Part shown: in pieces, positions 25,385-39,400 of the stretch
How positions within the stretch are numbered: the stretch's first letter is position 1
Layout: each line of letters opens with the position of its first letter
From: Pristiophorus japonicus
Lineage: Eukaryota
Direction: 5' to 3'
NCBI RefSeq assembly: GCF_044704955.1
Contig: NC_091989.1
Coordinates: forward strand, 104,470,001-104,534,000
DNA length: 64,000 bases
Notes under the pieces: generated by a model
The model's input: the letters and a program-made list of their open reading frames with translations, nothing else
Database searches by the model: none
What the model was told of the DNA's origin: nothing
Position numbers and translations under genes: made by a program

Positions 25385-25995
25385 TAGAATCATAGAAATG
25401 TTTTGGCACAGAGGAGACATTTCAGACTATAGTGTCTGTGCTGGCTGGACAGGAGCTATCCAGCCTAATCCCACTTTCCAACACTTGGTCCTTAGCCCTG
25501 TAGGTTGCAGCAATCCAAGTGCTTATCCAAGTACTTTGCCAATGTGATTAGGCTTTCTGCCTCAACTACCCTGTCAAACAGTGAGTTCCAGACCCCACCA
25601 CCCACTGAATGAAAAGATTTCTCCTCAACTCTCCTATAATCATCTACCAATTACTTTAAATCTATGCCCTCTGGATATTGATCTCTCTGCTAAGGAAAAT
25701 AGTTCCATCTATCACTCTATCTCGGATCCTCATAAATTTTTATACCTTAATCAATTCCCCATCAGCCTCCTCTGTTCCAAAAGAAACATCCCCAGCCTAT
25801 CCAATCTCTCCTCATAGCTAAAATTCTCCAGTCCCGGCAACTTACTTGTAAATCTCTTCTGTACCCTCTCTGGAGCACTAACCTCCTTCCTGTAATTTGG
25901 TAACCAGGACTGTACACAGTACTCTATCTGTGACTCAACTAGTGTTTTATACAGTTCAAGCATAGCCTCCTGGCTCTTATATTCTATGCCTCGGT
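25385..25995 (-). mobile_element. CR1 3' fragment inside an older + strand CR1 5' remnant (~24950-26940)
   Basis: EYCVQSW..RVQKRFT. Confidence 0.8.
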
Positions 25996-28689
25996 ATTAA
26001 TGGAAAGATTAGGGAAAAGGTACTGCTAAGGGAGTATCAGGAGTTAGGAGCTAACTTGAAAAGTAGGACCTCACGGGGGATTATTACCTGCGAGGTCCGG
26101 TTTTTCAAATTTGTTTGGATTATTACCTGAGCCACATGGAAATGGGCATTGAGACAAACAAATTAGGAAAATCAATATTTAGCTATAGGAGTGGCGTGGG
26201 AAGGAGGGCTTCCATTTCATGGAACACTGGCACCAGTACTGGAGCAGGAAGGAGCTGTACCATTGCGACAGGCTGCACATGAAACAGCCTGTCACCAAGG
26301 TCCTAGTGGAAAACATAATTCCGGCTGTAAATAAGACTTTAAAATAATAACATGGAGGGTGTCTGCTAGAAATTGCAGAAACCTAACAATAACAGAATCA
26401 AGAAAAGAGAGTAAAAGAAAAACTAATGGATGGAATAAAGATAACACGAACAGCCAGGGATCAGATAAATTCATAGACACTGAAGGTAAAATAACTATTA
26501 AAAGCAAAGAGAGACGAATAATAACTACAAATGATTCAAGCTGTCTGTACAGCAAAGTATGTAGTATTCAAACAAAATGGACAAACTGGAGGCAATAATT
26601 TGTAGAGTGGATCCGGGTATAGTTGGGATAGCTGAAACATGGCTGAATTGATAGCAGGATTGGCAACAAAATATTGCAGGATATAACACATTTAGGAAAG
26701 AAAGGGAAGGAAATGGAATGAAGGAGGGGAGGCATAGTAGTTTTTCTAGTTAAAGATAACATAATGGCAGTAGAAAAAAGCTGATAACTATAAGTAAGAT
26801 ATAGAATCCATATATAGAGAGTAAAAAGATAAAGAGGGATCCATCACCTTACTATTGATTGTGAAAGGGAATTTGAGGAAGAAATCGGTAGGAAAATATA
26901 CGAGGTGGGTAGCAGATACAGAACAATAATCATGGGATATTTCAAATATTTCAGCAGGGAATAAAACATGCGGGATGCCGAGGCTGCAGACCTGGACAGA
27001 GTAGGCAGCATCAGAGGCAGCAGCTGACAATAAAGAGCGTGGAAGGACGAGGCAGTGGGCCTGGAAGGAGTGGGCGTGCTTCACTGGATTCGCGCCGCCG
27101 TGGCACTATTGCCTCAGCACCCCATTAACATCCCTGCCAGGTGCTAACAGGAGGCACTAAGCTACCAATTTCCCCCCCCTTAGTCATGTTTATTTCTGTA
27201 AGTTAATTAGTATTGGAATAAATGGATGCATGGCAGGGCACCTGGGTCCTCTGGAATATACATCCTGTGCTCTGTGTGAACTCCAGGATGATTCCCATGT
27301 CTAGGCCAACCAAATGTGCAGGAAGCATTGTTATTTGGAGGAGATGTAGCTCCGGGTTTTGGAGCTTGAGCAGCAGCTGGCATCACTGCAGTGCAGCTGT
27401 GAGGCTGAGACCTACGTGGACAGCATGTTTCAGGAGATGGTCACCTGCAGCATAACAATGCACAGGCAGCGAGGGAATGAGTAACCATCAGAGAGACAAG
27501 AAGGGCCAGGCTGGTGGTCCAGGAGTCCCCTGAGTGCATCTGCTCTCCAACCAATATTCAGTACTGATTATCGGTGAAGGCGATGGTATCTCTGGGAAGT
27601 ATAGCCAGAGCCAAATCCACCACACCAGGGGTGGCTCAACTGCACAGGGGGGAAGAGGAAGATCGCAAAGGCAATAGAGGTAGGAGATTCGCTAGTTAAG
27701 GGGACAAGCAGACCTTTCTACAACCGCAGATGTGATTACAGGATTTTATGTTGCCTCCTTGGTGCCAGGGTTAAGAATGTTAATGAGTGGCTGCAGAACT
27801 TTCTGAAGGGGCAGGATGAACAGCCAGAAGTCACGGTCCATTTCGGTACTACAGACATAGGTAGAAAAAAGGGTTGAGGTGCTGCAGAAAGATTTTGTGT
27901 GCTAGGAAAGAGATTAAAAAGCAGGACCTCAGAGGTAGTGACTCTGGATTACTCCCTATGCCATGAGCTAGTGAGTATAGAAAGACAAGGATAGAGCAGA
28001 TGATTGTGTGGCTGGAGAGATGGTGCAGAAGAGATGGCTTCAGATTCCTTAAGCATCGAGGCCGCTTCGGGAGGAGGTGGCCAGACGTGTTGCACCTAAA
28101 CAGAGCTGATACCAATATCCTCGCGGGGAGATTTGCTAGTGCTGTTGGGGAGGGTTTAATCTAGTTGGCAGGTGGATGGGCACCAGGTTGTAACATTCGA
28201 AAGAAGATACAAAGGGGTCACAGGATTTGGAGAGAAAGATAGCACAAAATAGTAGGTATTAAGTGGGGTCAGACTAAGAAAAACACAGGCTGGTTTACAG
28301 TGTATGTATGTGAATTCATGAAGCATAGTAAACAAGGTTGGTGAGCTGCAGGTGCAAATAGCCACATGGGCAGATGATGTCGAGGCAATAACAGAGACCT
28401 GGTTCAAAAAAGGGCAGGATTGGGTATTAAATATTCCTGGATATAGGATGTTCAGGAAGGATAGGGAAGGAAAGATCTGAGGTGGTCTGGCCGTGTTAGT
28501 TAAGGAGAATGTTACAGTGCTGGAGAGAAAGGATGTCCTGGAGGTGTCAAGGACAGAATCTAAATGTCTAGAGTTAAGAAATAATAGAGGTGTCTTAGAA
28601 TACTAGGTGTATTCTGTAAGCCACCAACTAGTGGGAAACATATGGAGGAGCACATTTGCAGAAAAATTATGAAGAGATGCAAGAAGTAT

Positions 28690-29246
28690 AGAAACATACA
28701 AACATAGAAAATAGGTGCAGGAATAGGCCATTCGGCCCTTCGAGCCTGCACGACCATTCAAGATAATCATGGCTGATCATGCAACTTCAGTACTCCATTC
28801 CTGCTTTCTCTCCATAACTCTTGATCCCTTTAGCCATAAGGGCCACATCCAACTCCCTTTTGAATATATCCAACGAACTGGCCTCAACAACTTTCTGTGG
28901 TAGAGAATTCCACATGTTCACAATTCTCTGAGTGAAAAAGTTTCTCCTCATCTCGATCCTAAATGGCTTACCCCTTATCCTTAGACTGTGACCCCTGGTT
29001 CTGGACTTCCCTAACATTGGGAACATTCTTTCTGCAACTAACATGTCCAATCCAGTCAGAATTTTATATGTTTCTGTGAGATCCCCTTTCATTCTTCTAA
29101 ATTCCAGTGAATATAAGCCTAGTCGATCCAGTCTTTCTTCATATGTCAGTCCTGCCATCCCGGGAATCAGTCTGGTGAACCTTCGCTGCACTCGCTCAAT
29201 AGCAAGAATGTCCTTCCTCAGATTAAGAGACCAAAACTGTACACAG
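28690..29246 (-). mobile_element. CR1 3' fragment
   Basis: YCVQFWS..SRTRGHSL; CTATGTTT tail. Confidence 0.9.
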
Positions 29247-29894
29247 TATAGCGTAGTGAAAATGAGGTCTTCAACTATCCTAATATAGACTGGGATAGTA
29301 ATCGTGTAAATGGCAGGGAAGGGGAAGATTTTCTGAAGTGTATTCAAAAGAAGTTTCTTGATCAGTATGTTTCTGTCCCAATGAGGAATGAGGCATTGCA
29401 GGATCTGGTTCTGGGGAATGAGGTAGGTCAAATGGAGCAAGCATCAGTAGGTGGACATTTAGAGAACAGTGATCAGAATATTGTAAGATTTGGATTAGAT
29501 ATGGAAAAGGACAGGGAACAATCTAGAGTAAAAATATTAAATTGGAACAAGGAAAATTTCAATGGAATGAGAACGGATCCGGCCCAGGTAAATTGGAATC
29601 AAGGATTGGCAGGCAAAACTGTAATCGAAACAAAAGAGGAAATAGTTTGGTTACAGACGAGGTATATTCCCACTGGGGGAGGGGGGAGGAGTAGGTAGGG
29701 CAACTATAGTCAGAGCTCCCTGGATGAAATAGAGAGAGACTAAGATGAACCAAAAAAGAGCACATATGACAGATGTCAGGTCGAGATTACATCTGAGAAT
29801 CAGGCAAAATACATAAAGTTCAGAGAAGTGAAAAAAAAATAAGAGGGGCACACAGAAATTATAAGAATAGAATCGCAGTTAACATAAAAGATAA

Positions 29895-32800
29895 TGGGCT
29901 AGAACCTCGAATTGCTTTGCTTGCTTAACACCCACAATGCCCATTTTACCACTGAAATGACGTATAATGCCCATATATCGCCCATTCTGGCACAAAGGGA
30001 CACTGATGGGCTTTGTCAGGAGACTTCTGACTGAGCAATACTTTACCAATGGGCTTAACAACGACAAAAAATATTACCGGCCGCCCACTTTTTTGGGTGG
30101 AATCAGCAGAATGGGCAAATTCAATGCCCATAATATCGGCCTACGTTACTTTCCACACGGAATTAATGCCGAGATTCAATATTAATGCCTGCCGATTGTT
30201 TTTTGCCATAAAGAGCATATTGACCCAAACTAGCGGCCATGGAGATCACCCATCTTCAATTTCACCACCTCACACATCTATCGCCCACAATATCGTTCGC
30301 TCAAAAAAATGCCCACAAAACGTGGAACAAACACCAGTGGTGTGGCTGATATTTGTTAAATCCCACTCTTACATGAGGAGCTGATATCAGGAAGATTTCA
30401 CTGAAAGAGTGCTGATGTGAGTGACAATGCTCAAACACTACTGTGTGTGTGCAGCTCAGTCATCAATGGTGCCCATCTTGGTGACAGTTAAAGTTTACGT
30501 AGATTGATGTTAAGTTGTACTTATCCCTTTCTTGGTAAGGAATCACCAGTGAATAACATTCTGAGACAATGCCCAACAAGGTTATGTTCAATAACAAAAG
30601 CTTAATACCAACATTGGTCAGAAATCAAAAGTATCACAGCCAATAACACCTAACCCTGCCCACATCCCACTTTTTCCACCATTGACATAAATCACATGTT
30701 CAACATGTCCAGCAACACAGAATACAAAGGCAAAGCAGGAGCGTGGTCCCCAGCCCCCATACATTGCAACAAATTGCATACACCCAGATGGAGATATAAC
30801 ACAGCCATCACCTGCACAAATGTACCTCACTTTCCTTTCCCCCCTTCTTCTCCCCACCTCTACCCATTCCCCTTCTTGCTCCATGGTGCCTGGCCAAGGA
30901 GCTCCTCAGGCGGTGCTTTATTGGGAAGGTTGAAGGCAGATGCTTCAGTTGGACGGGTATGGGAGCAGGAGGGGATTTGCTGAGGAGGCAACATTCTCTG
31001 ATGCAGAAGCAGGATCTTGGTCCTTCCGCTCATCTGTCATTTGCAGTGGTGGTGCAGAACCTAGGGGTGGAGTGCCATGCTCAGGGACCACTGGGACGCC
31101 TATGGCAGCAGTGTTCCTGGCTATTGCATACTGGGGACTCCGCCATGCATGGAATGTACTCAGTCATGGTGGCCAGTTGTCTGGATATGCCCCCCAATGC
31201 TTCGATAAGCTGGTCACAAATGTCTACAGTCCTACTGGACAACTGTACCATCTCTCCGCTATCATGTCGTGCTCGTGCAACCGACCTGCCACATCCACGA
31301 GGCCTCTGGAGGGTCGGCGCCGTCCTGGGGAAAAATGGGGTGCCCTGTGGAGAGGTGTTTGGGGCCAGCACCTCCAGAATGGCTGGAGGACCACTAGATG
31401 GCCTTGGGGTGGAATGGGTTCTGGAGCCTGGCGATGCAGGTTCTTCAAAGGATTTAATTAGGAGGGGGAAAATAGAATATGAGAGTAAGCTTGCAGAGAA
31501 CAGAAAACCTGACTGCAAAAGCTTCTATAGATATGCAAAGAGAAAAAGATTAATGAAGAAAAATGTGGGTCTCTAACAGTCAGAATCAGGTGAATTTATA
31601 ATGATGAACAAAGATATGGCAGACCAATTGAACAAATACTTTGGTTCTGTCTTCACTAAGGAAGACACAAATAACCCTCCAGAAATACTAGGGGACCGAG
31701 GGTCTAGCGAGAAGGAGGATGAAAGAAAATCTTTATTAGTCAGCAAATTGTGTTCAGAAAATTGATGGGTTGAAGGCCGATAAATCCCCAGGGCTTGATA
31801 GTCTGCATCTCAGAGTACTTAAGGAAGCGGCCCTAGAAATAGTGGATGCATTGGTGATCATTTTCCAACATTCTATAGACTCTGGATCAGTTCCAATGGA
31901 CTGGAGGGTAGCTAATGTAACCCCACGTTTTAAAAAAGGAGGGAGAGAGAAAACAGCCTGACATCGGTGGTGGGGAAAATGTTGGAATCAATTATTAAAG
32001 ATGTAATAGCAGTGCATTTGGAAAGCAGTGACAGGATCGGTCCAAGTCAGCATGGATTTATGAAAGGGAAATCATGCTTGACAAATCTTCTAGAATGTTT
32101 TGAGGATGTAACTACTAGAGTGGACAAGGGGGAGCCAGTGCATGTGGTGTATTTTGACTTTCAAAAGTCTGTTGACAAGGTCCCACACAAGAGATTGGTG
32201 TGAAAAATTAAAGCATATGGTATTGGGGTTAATGTACTTGCATGGATAGAGAACTGGTTGACAGGCAGGAAGCAAAGAGTAGGAATGAATGTGTCTGTTT
32301 CAGAATGGCAGGCAGTGACTAGTGGGGTACTGCAAGGTTCAGTGCCGGGACTGCAGCTGTTTACAATATACAATAATGATTTAGACAAAGGAATTCAATG
32401 AAAGATCTCCAAGTTTGCAGATGACACAAAGCTGGGTGACTGTGTGAGCTGTGACGAGGGTGCTATGAGGCTGCAGGGTGAATTGGACAGGTTAGGTGAG
32501 TGGACAAATACATCGCAGATGCGGTATAATGTAGATAAATGTGAGGTTATCTACTTTGATGGCAAAAACAGGAAGGCAGAATATTATCTGAATGCTGACA
32601 GATTAGGAAAAGGGGAGGTGCAACGAGATCTAGGTGGCATGGTACATGAGTCATTGAAAGTTGGCGTACAGGTACAGCAGGCGGTGAAAGAAGGCAAATG
32701 GCATGTTGGCCTTCATAGCGAAAGGATTTGAGTATAGGAGTAGCGAGATCTTACTACAGTTGTACAGGGCCTTGGTGAGGCCACACCTTGAATATTGTGT

Positions 32801-34946
32801 ACAGTTTTGGTCTCCTAATCTGAGGAAGGACAATCTTGCTATTGAGGGAGTACAGCGAAGGTTCACCAGACTGATTCCCGGGATGACAGGATTGACATAT
32901 GAAGAAAGACTGGATCAACTAGGCTTATATTCAATGAAATTTAGAAGAATGAAAGGGATCTCATAGAAACATGTAAAATTCTGACGGGATTAGACAGGTT
33001 ATATGCAGGAAGAATGTTCCCGATGTTGGGGAATTCCAGAAGCAGGGGTCACAGTCTAAGGATAACGGGTAAGCCATTTAGAACCGAGATGAGGAGAAAC
33101 TTTTCACTCAGAGAGTTGTGAGCATGTGGAATTCTCTACCACAGAAAGGCCACTTTATTAGATATATTCAAAAGGGAGTTAGATGTAGCCCTTATAGCTA
33201 AAGGGATAAAGGGGTATGGAGAGAAAGCAGGGATGGGGTACTGAAGTGCATGAACACCCTTGATCATATTGAATGGTCATGCAGGCTCGAAGGACCAAAT
33301 GGCCTACTCCTGCACCTAGTTTCTATGTTTCTATGTTTCAAAGTCTGCTCTCTCATCTGTCGAGAACAGACCCTGTGGATTGACGGGTGACAATCGGAGC
33401 TCCTCAGCACCAGATGTAGTAGGCTCGTGCGCGGATTCCTACCCCGCGCTCCCGCCTTCTGGTCTTTGTGGCCTTGCCTGGGGCCGCACTGCTGGCTGAG
33501 CTGCAAGACACAAATTTGATTATTAGAGGAGAAGGGTGTGCTAGGGTGACAAGGTGAGTCCAGCGCTACACAAAGCATATGCACGACAAAAGCACCACTG
33601 CTCTCAAAATCGTTGCAGACATCACATTTCATGACCATCAACACATTGTGCATTGCAATGACTTTCATTAGGCCAGCATTATTCCTATGACAATTTTAGC
33701 ATTGATCTATCATATATGATTGTTTGGATATGATTTCGTGTGGCACCTATTGACTTTACATCACGCAATGGTGTATGCTTTACTCACGTGGCATCACTTC
33801 AGGGTCTGCAGATGCATCCGCGGCTGTCCGGGGGTCCTTCCCCACGAGTGTTAGTACTCGCTCCTCCATCTCTTTGATGTCGCTGGGGATTGGTGGCCCC
33901 CCCACCCGTTCACCTCTGCACGGACCTCATCGTCGATAGCTTCTTCTGTAAAAGGTGACAGGACGACATGGCATGAGATCATTGCGTGATATCATTGCTA
34001 GATACTGTCACGAGACTGATACAACACATAACCGACAGATGTAATCATGTACCTAAAGACGTACACCGTGACAGCAGGCTTTGAGTAAAACATTCCCGGT
34101 AAAAGTGCAAGACCTCACATCTGCTGATAGTCACTCATGGCTGTTACAAATAAAATTCTATAAATACATAAGTACATGTAAATCAATGTAATACTTACTC
34201 TTGCGGATCCCACGAGGTCGTTCCTTCCCTTGCGGCATTGGTTGTTCTCACGTACCTCCTTGGTCGCCGATGAGAACACGTCTGCTATCTCGGTCGATAT
34301 CCTCTGGTAGACCTTTGGGGTGGGCTTCCCACACCCTCCTGTGTCAAATCACCCTTGCATGACTCGAGCTCATGCAGGAGGGAGTCATTTGCCTCTTCTT
34401 AGAACCTCCTGCTCTTTTGCGGCCTCCAACATGCTCCTCTTCCACCTCACTGCTCTCTCCAGCTTCAGTTTCCACAGCATACTGTGATGCCTCCTCCTCT
34501 CCTTCCATTATAGGCCAAATTCAGACAAATATATGGCTGGTAACAGCCATTTTTGTTTGCCTACTTGCTGTGAAGCTCTAAAGCCTCCCTCCTTCCTCCC
34601 AAAGCAGCAACACCACATCCAGCCACGCCTTCAATCCCTCTGAGCTCCATCTCTCTCTGCCTCCTCTTCTGCGCATGTCATGGTGACCTTTGACCTCCAG
34701 AATCGCAGGAATCGAGCGTTGCCATGCCATTGATAAGGACGGCCACACTTTATGGCAGACGGTCAAAAAAATTTAATGCTACCGCCCATTTGATATCGCT
34801 CGCGGTAACGCCCATTTTCAAAAATGTAAACCACGTGTTTTGAGAATGGAAGAGAAGCCAGCAATCTGAAAACCCTTTTTTACTGCCCACGCTGGAAATG
34901 ACTGCCATTTTTGGGTGATATGCACAAAAGTGGAGGTTCTAGCATA
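29895..34946 (-). mobile_element. PIF/Harbinger-like DNA transposon derivative encoding a degenerate spliced Myb/SANT-like protein
   Basis: TIRs TGGGCTAGAACCTC / GAGGTTCTAGCATA with TAA duplicated on both sides. Minus-strand exons at ~34510-34199 (RKRA..EIADV..NQCRK..NDL) and ~33948-33788 (KKLS..TGGGPP..EERV). No transposase seen. Confidence 0.7.
31440..33338 (+). mobile_element. CR1 fragment nested in the Harbinger-like element
   Basis: KSPG.D, QHGFMKGKSCLTNL, tail. Confidence 0.9.
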
Positions 34947-36460
34947 TAATAAATGTCTTCTGTAAGCCCATCATCATAGGCAGTCTCTCGGAATCGAGGA
35001 AGACTTGGTTCCACTCCTGAAGTGAGTTCTTTGGTGACTGAACAGTCCAATATGAGAGCCACAGACTCTGTCACAGGTGGGGCAGACAATCACCGAGGGA
35101 AGGGGTGGGTAGGACTGGTTTTCCGCTTGCTCCTTCTACTGCCTTCGCTTGACCTCTTCATGCTCTCGGCGTTGAGACTCGAAGTGCTCAACGCCCTCCC
35201 GGTTGCACTTTCTCCACTTAGGGCGGTCTTTGGCCAGGGATTCCCATGTGTCAGTGGTGATGTTGCACTTAGTCAGGGAAACTTTGAGGGTGTACTTGTA
35301 ATGTTTCCGCTGCCCAACTTTGGCTCATTTGCGATGAAGGAGCTCCGCATAGAGCACTTGCTTTGGGAGTCTCAAGTCTGGCAGGTAAACTATGTGGCCT
35401 GCCCAGCGAAGCTGATCGAGTGTGGTCAGTCCTTCTATGCTGGGGATGTTACCCTGGACGAGGACACTGATGTTGGTGTGCCTGTCCTCCCAGGGGATTT
35501 GCAGGTTTTTGCGGAGACATTGTTGATGATATATCTTCAGTGTCTTGAGGTGTCTTCTGTATATCGTCCATGCCTCTGAGCCATACAGGAGGGCGGGTAT
35601 TGCTACAGCCCTGTAGACCATGAGATGGGTGATAGATTGGAGGGCCTGGTCTTCAAACACTCTTTTCCTCAGGCGGCCGAAGGCTGCACTGGTGCACTTG
35701 AGGCGGTGTTGCATCTCCACATCAATGTCTGCTTTTGTTGATAAGAGGCTCCCGAGGTATGGGAAATGGGCCACATTGTCGAGGGCCGCGGCGTGGATCT
35801 TGATGACTGGGGAGCAGTGCTGTGTGGCAAGGACAGGCTGCTGGAGAACCTTTGCCTTACATATGTTTAGTGTAAGGCCCATGCTTTCATATGCCTCAGT
35901 AAATACATCGACTATATCCTGGAGTTCAGCCTCAGAATGTGCGCAGGCACAGGTGTCGTCCATGTGCTGTACTCAATGACTGAGGTTTGGGTGACCTGGA
36001 GGCAGCGTAGGTTAAACAGCTACCCACTGGTTGTGTAGTTTAGTTCCACTCCAGCGGGGAGCTAGTTGACTGCAAGGTGGAGCACGGCAGCGAAGAGGGT
36101 TGGAGCGATGACGGAGCCCTGTTTGACCCTGCTCCGGACGTGGATTGGGTCTGTAATGGATCCATTGGTAAGGATCATGGCCTGCATGTCGTCGTGGAGC
36201 AGATGAAGGATGTTAACAAATTTTTGGGGGCATCCGAAATGGAGGAGGTCATTCCATAGACCCTCGCGGTTGACAGTGTCAAAGGCCTTTGTAAGTTCGA
36301 AAAAGGCCATGTATAAGGGCTGATGCTGCCCCCTGTATTTCTCCTGCAGCTGTCGCGCTGCAAAGATCATGTCTATTGTGCCCCGTAGGGAACACAATCT
36401 GCACTGTGAATCCGGGAGGAGCTCCTTGGCCACAGGGAGAAGACAGTAGAGGAGAACTCT

Positions 36461-39400
36461 AATAGGACAAAGAGTGTTAAAAAACCAAGCCTGAAGACTC
36501 TGTGTCTCAATGCGAGGAGCATTCGTAATAAGGTGGAGGAATTAACTGCGCAGATAGCTGTTAAAGGATATGAAGTAATTGGGATTATGGAGACATGGCT
36601 CCAGGGTGACCATGGCTGGGAACTCAACATCCAGGGGCATTCAATATTCAGGAAAGATAGACAGAAAGAAAAAGGAGGTGGGGTAGCGTTGCTGGTTAAA
36701 GAGGAGAGTAACGCAATAGTAAGGAAGGACATTAGCTTGGATGATGTGGAATCTGTATGGGTAGAGCTGCGGAACACCAAAGGGCAGAAAACGCTAGTGA
36801 GAGTTGCGTACAGACCACCAAACAGTAATAGTGAGGTTGGGGATGGCATCAAGCAGGAAATTAAAGATGCATGCAATACAGGTACAGCAGTTATCATGGG
36901 TGACTTTAATCTGCATATAGATTGGGCTAACCAAACTGGTAGCAATACGGTGGAGGAGGATTTCCTGGAGTGCCATAAGGGATGCTTTCGAGACCAATAT
37001 GTTGAGGAACCAACTAAAGAGCTGGCCATTCGAGGCTGGGTGTTGTGTAATGAGAGAGAATTCATTAGCAATCTTGTTGTGTGAGGCCCCTTGGGGAAGA
37101 GTGACCATAATATGATAGAATTCTTCATTAAGATGGAGAATGACACAGTTAATTCATAGACTAGGGTCCTGAACTTAAAGAAAGGGAACTTCAATAGTAT
37201 GAGATGTGAATTGGCTAGGATAGACTGGTGAATGATACTTAAATGGTTGAAGGTAGATAGGCAATGGCAGACATTTAAGGATCACATGGATGAACTTCAA
37301 CAATTGTACATACCTGTATGGCGTAAAAATAAAATGAGGAAGATGGCTCAACTGAGGCTAACAAGGGAAATTAGGGATAGTGTTAACTTCAAGGAAGAGG
37401 CACATAGATTGGCCAGAAAGAGCAGCAAACCTGAGGACTGGGAGAAAACTAGAATTCAGCAGAGGAGGACAAAGGGTTTAATTAGGAGGGGAAAAATAGA
37501 GTAAGAGAGTAAGCTTGCTGGAAACATAAAGAAAGATAACTTCGATGGTACGAGATGTGAATTGGCTAGGATAGACTGGCGAATGATTCTTAAAGGGTTG
37601 ACGGTGGATAGGCAATGGCAGACATTTAAGGATCACATAGCTAACAAGCAAAATCTTCTATAGATATGTGAAGAGAAAAAGATTAGTGAAGTCAAATTTA
37701 ATTTCCTTGCAGTCAGAATCAGGTGAATTTATCATGGGGAATAAAGAAATGGCAGACCAATTGAACAAATATTTTGGTTCTGTCTTCACTAAGGAAGACA
37801 CAAACAACCTTCCGGAAATACCAGGGGACTGAGGGTCTAGCGAGAAGCAGTAACTGAAGGAAAACTTTATCAGTAAGGAAATTGTGTTAGGGAAATTGAT
37901 GGGATTCAAGGCTGATAAATCCCCAGGGCCTGATAGTCTGCATCCCAGAGTACTTAAGGAAGTGGCCCTAGAAATAGTGGATGCACTGGTGATTGTTTTC
38001 CAACATTCTACAGACCCTGGATCAGTTTCTATGGACTGGAGGGTAGCTAATTTAACACCACTGTTTAAAAAAGTAGGGAGAGAGAAAACGGGTAATTAAA
38101 CACCGGTTAGCCTGACATCAGTAGTGGGGAAAATGTTGAAATCAATTATTAAAGATGAAATAGCAGCGCATTTTGAAAGCAGTGACAGGATCGATCCAAG
38201 TCAGCATGGATTTATAAAAGGGAAGTCATGCTTGACAAATCTTCTGGAATTTTTTGAGGATGTAACTAGTAGAGTGGATAAGGGAGAACCAGTGGATCTG
38301 GTGTATTTGGACTTTCAAAAGGCTTTTGACAAGATCCCATACAAGAGATTAGTGTGAAAAATCAAAGCACATGGTATTGGAGGTAATGTACTGATGTGGA
38401 TAGAGAACTGGTTGGTAGACAGGAAGTAAAGAGTCTGGATAAATGGGTCCTTTTCAGAATGGCAGGCAGTGACTAGTGGGGTGCCTCAGGGCTCAGTGCT
38501 GGGACCCCAGCTATTTACAATATACATTAATAATTTAGATGAAGGAATTGAGTGTAATATCTCCAAGTTTGCAGATGACACTAAACTGGGTGGCGGTGTG
38601 AGCTGTGAGGAGGACATTAAAAGGGTGCAGCATGACTTGGATAGGTTAGGTGAGTGGGCAAATGCATTGCAGATGCAGTATAATGTGGATAAATGTGAGG
38701 TTATCCACTTCGGGGGCAAAAACACGAAGGCAGAATATTATCTGAATGGCGGCAGATTAGGAAAGGGGGAGGTGCAACTAGACCTGGAGGTCATGGTTCA
38801 TCAGTCATTGAAAGTTGGCATGCAGGCACAGCAGGCGGTGAAGAAAGCAAATGGTATGTTGGCCTTCATAGCTAGGGGATTTGAGTATAGGAGCAGGGAA
38901 GTCTTGCTGCAGTTGTATAGGGCCTTGGTGAGGTCTCACCTGGGATATTGTGTTCAGTTTTGGTCTCCTAATCTGAGGAAGGACATTCTTGCTATTGAGG
39001 GAGCACAGCGAAGGTTCACCAGACTGATTTCCGGGATGGCGGGACTGATATATGAGGAGAGACTGGATCAACTGGGCCTTTATACACTGGAGTTTAGAAG
39101 GATGAGAGGGGAATCTCATAGAAACTTCCAAGATTCTGACGGGACTGGACAGGTTAGATGAAGGAAGAATATTCCCGATGTTGGGGAAGTCCAGAACCAA
39201 GGGACATAGTCTAAGGATAAGGGGTAAGCCATTTAGGAATGAGATAAGGAGAATCTTCTTCACTCTGTGAGCTGTTAACCTGTGGAATTCCCTACTGCAG
39301 AGAATTGTTGATACCAGTTCATTGGATATATTCAAGATGGAGTTAGATATGGGCCTTACGGCTAAAGGGATCAAGGGCTATGGAGAGAAAGCAGGAAATG

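Noticed and set aside
30940-31576. Long overlapping ORFs (173, 205, 145 aa)
   Set aside because: GC-rich interior of the Harbinger-like element fused to a CR1 insertion; not host genes.
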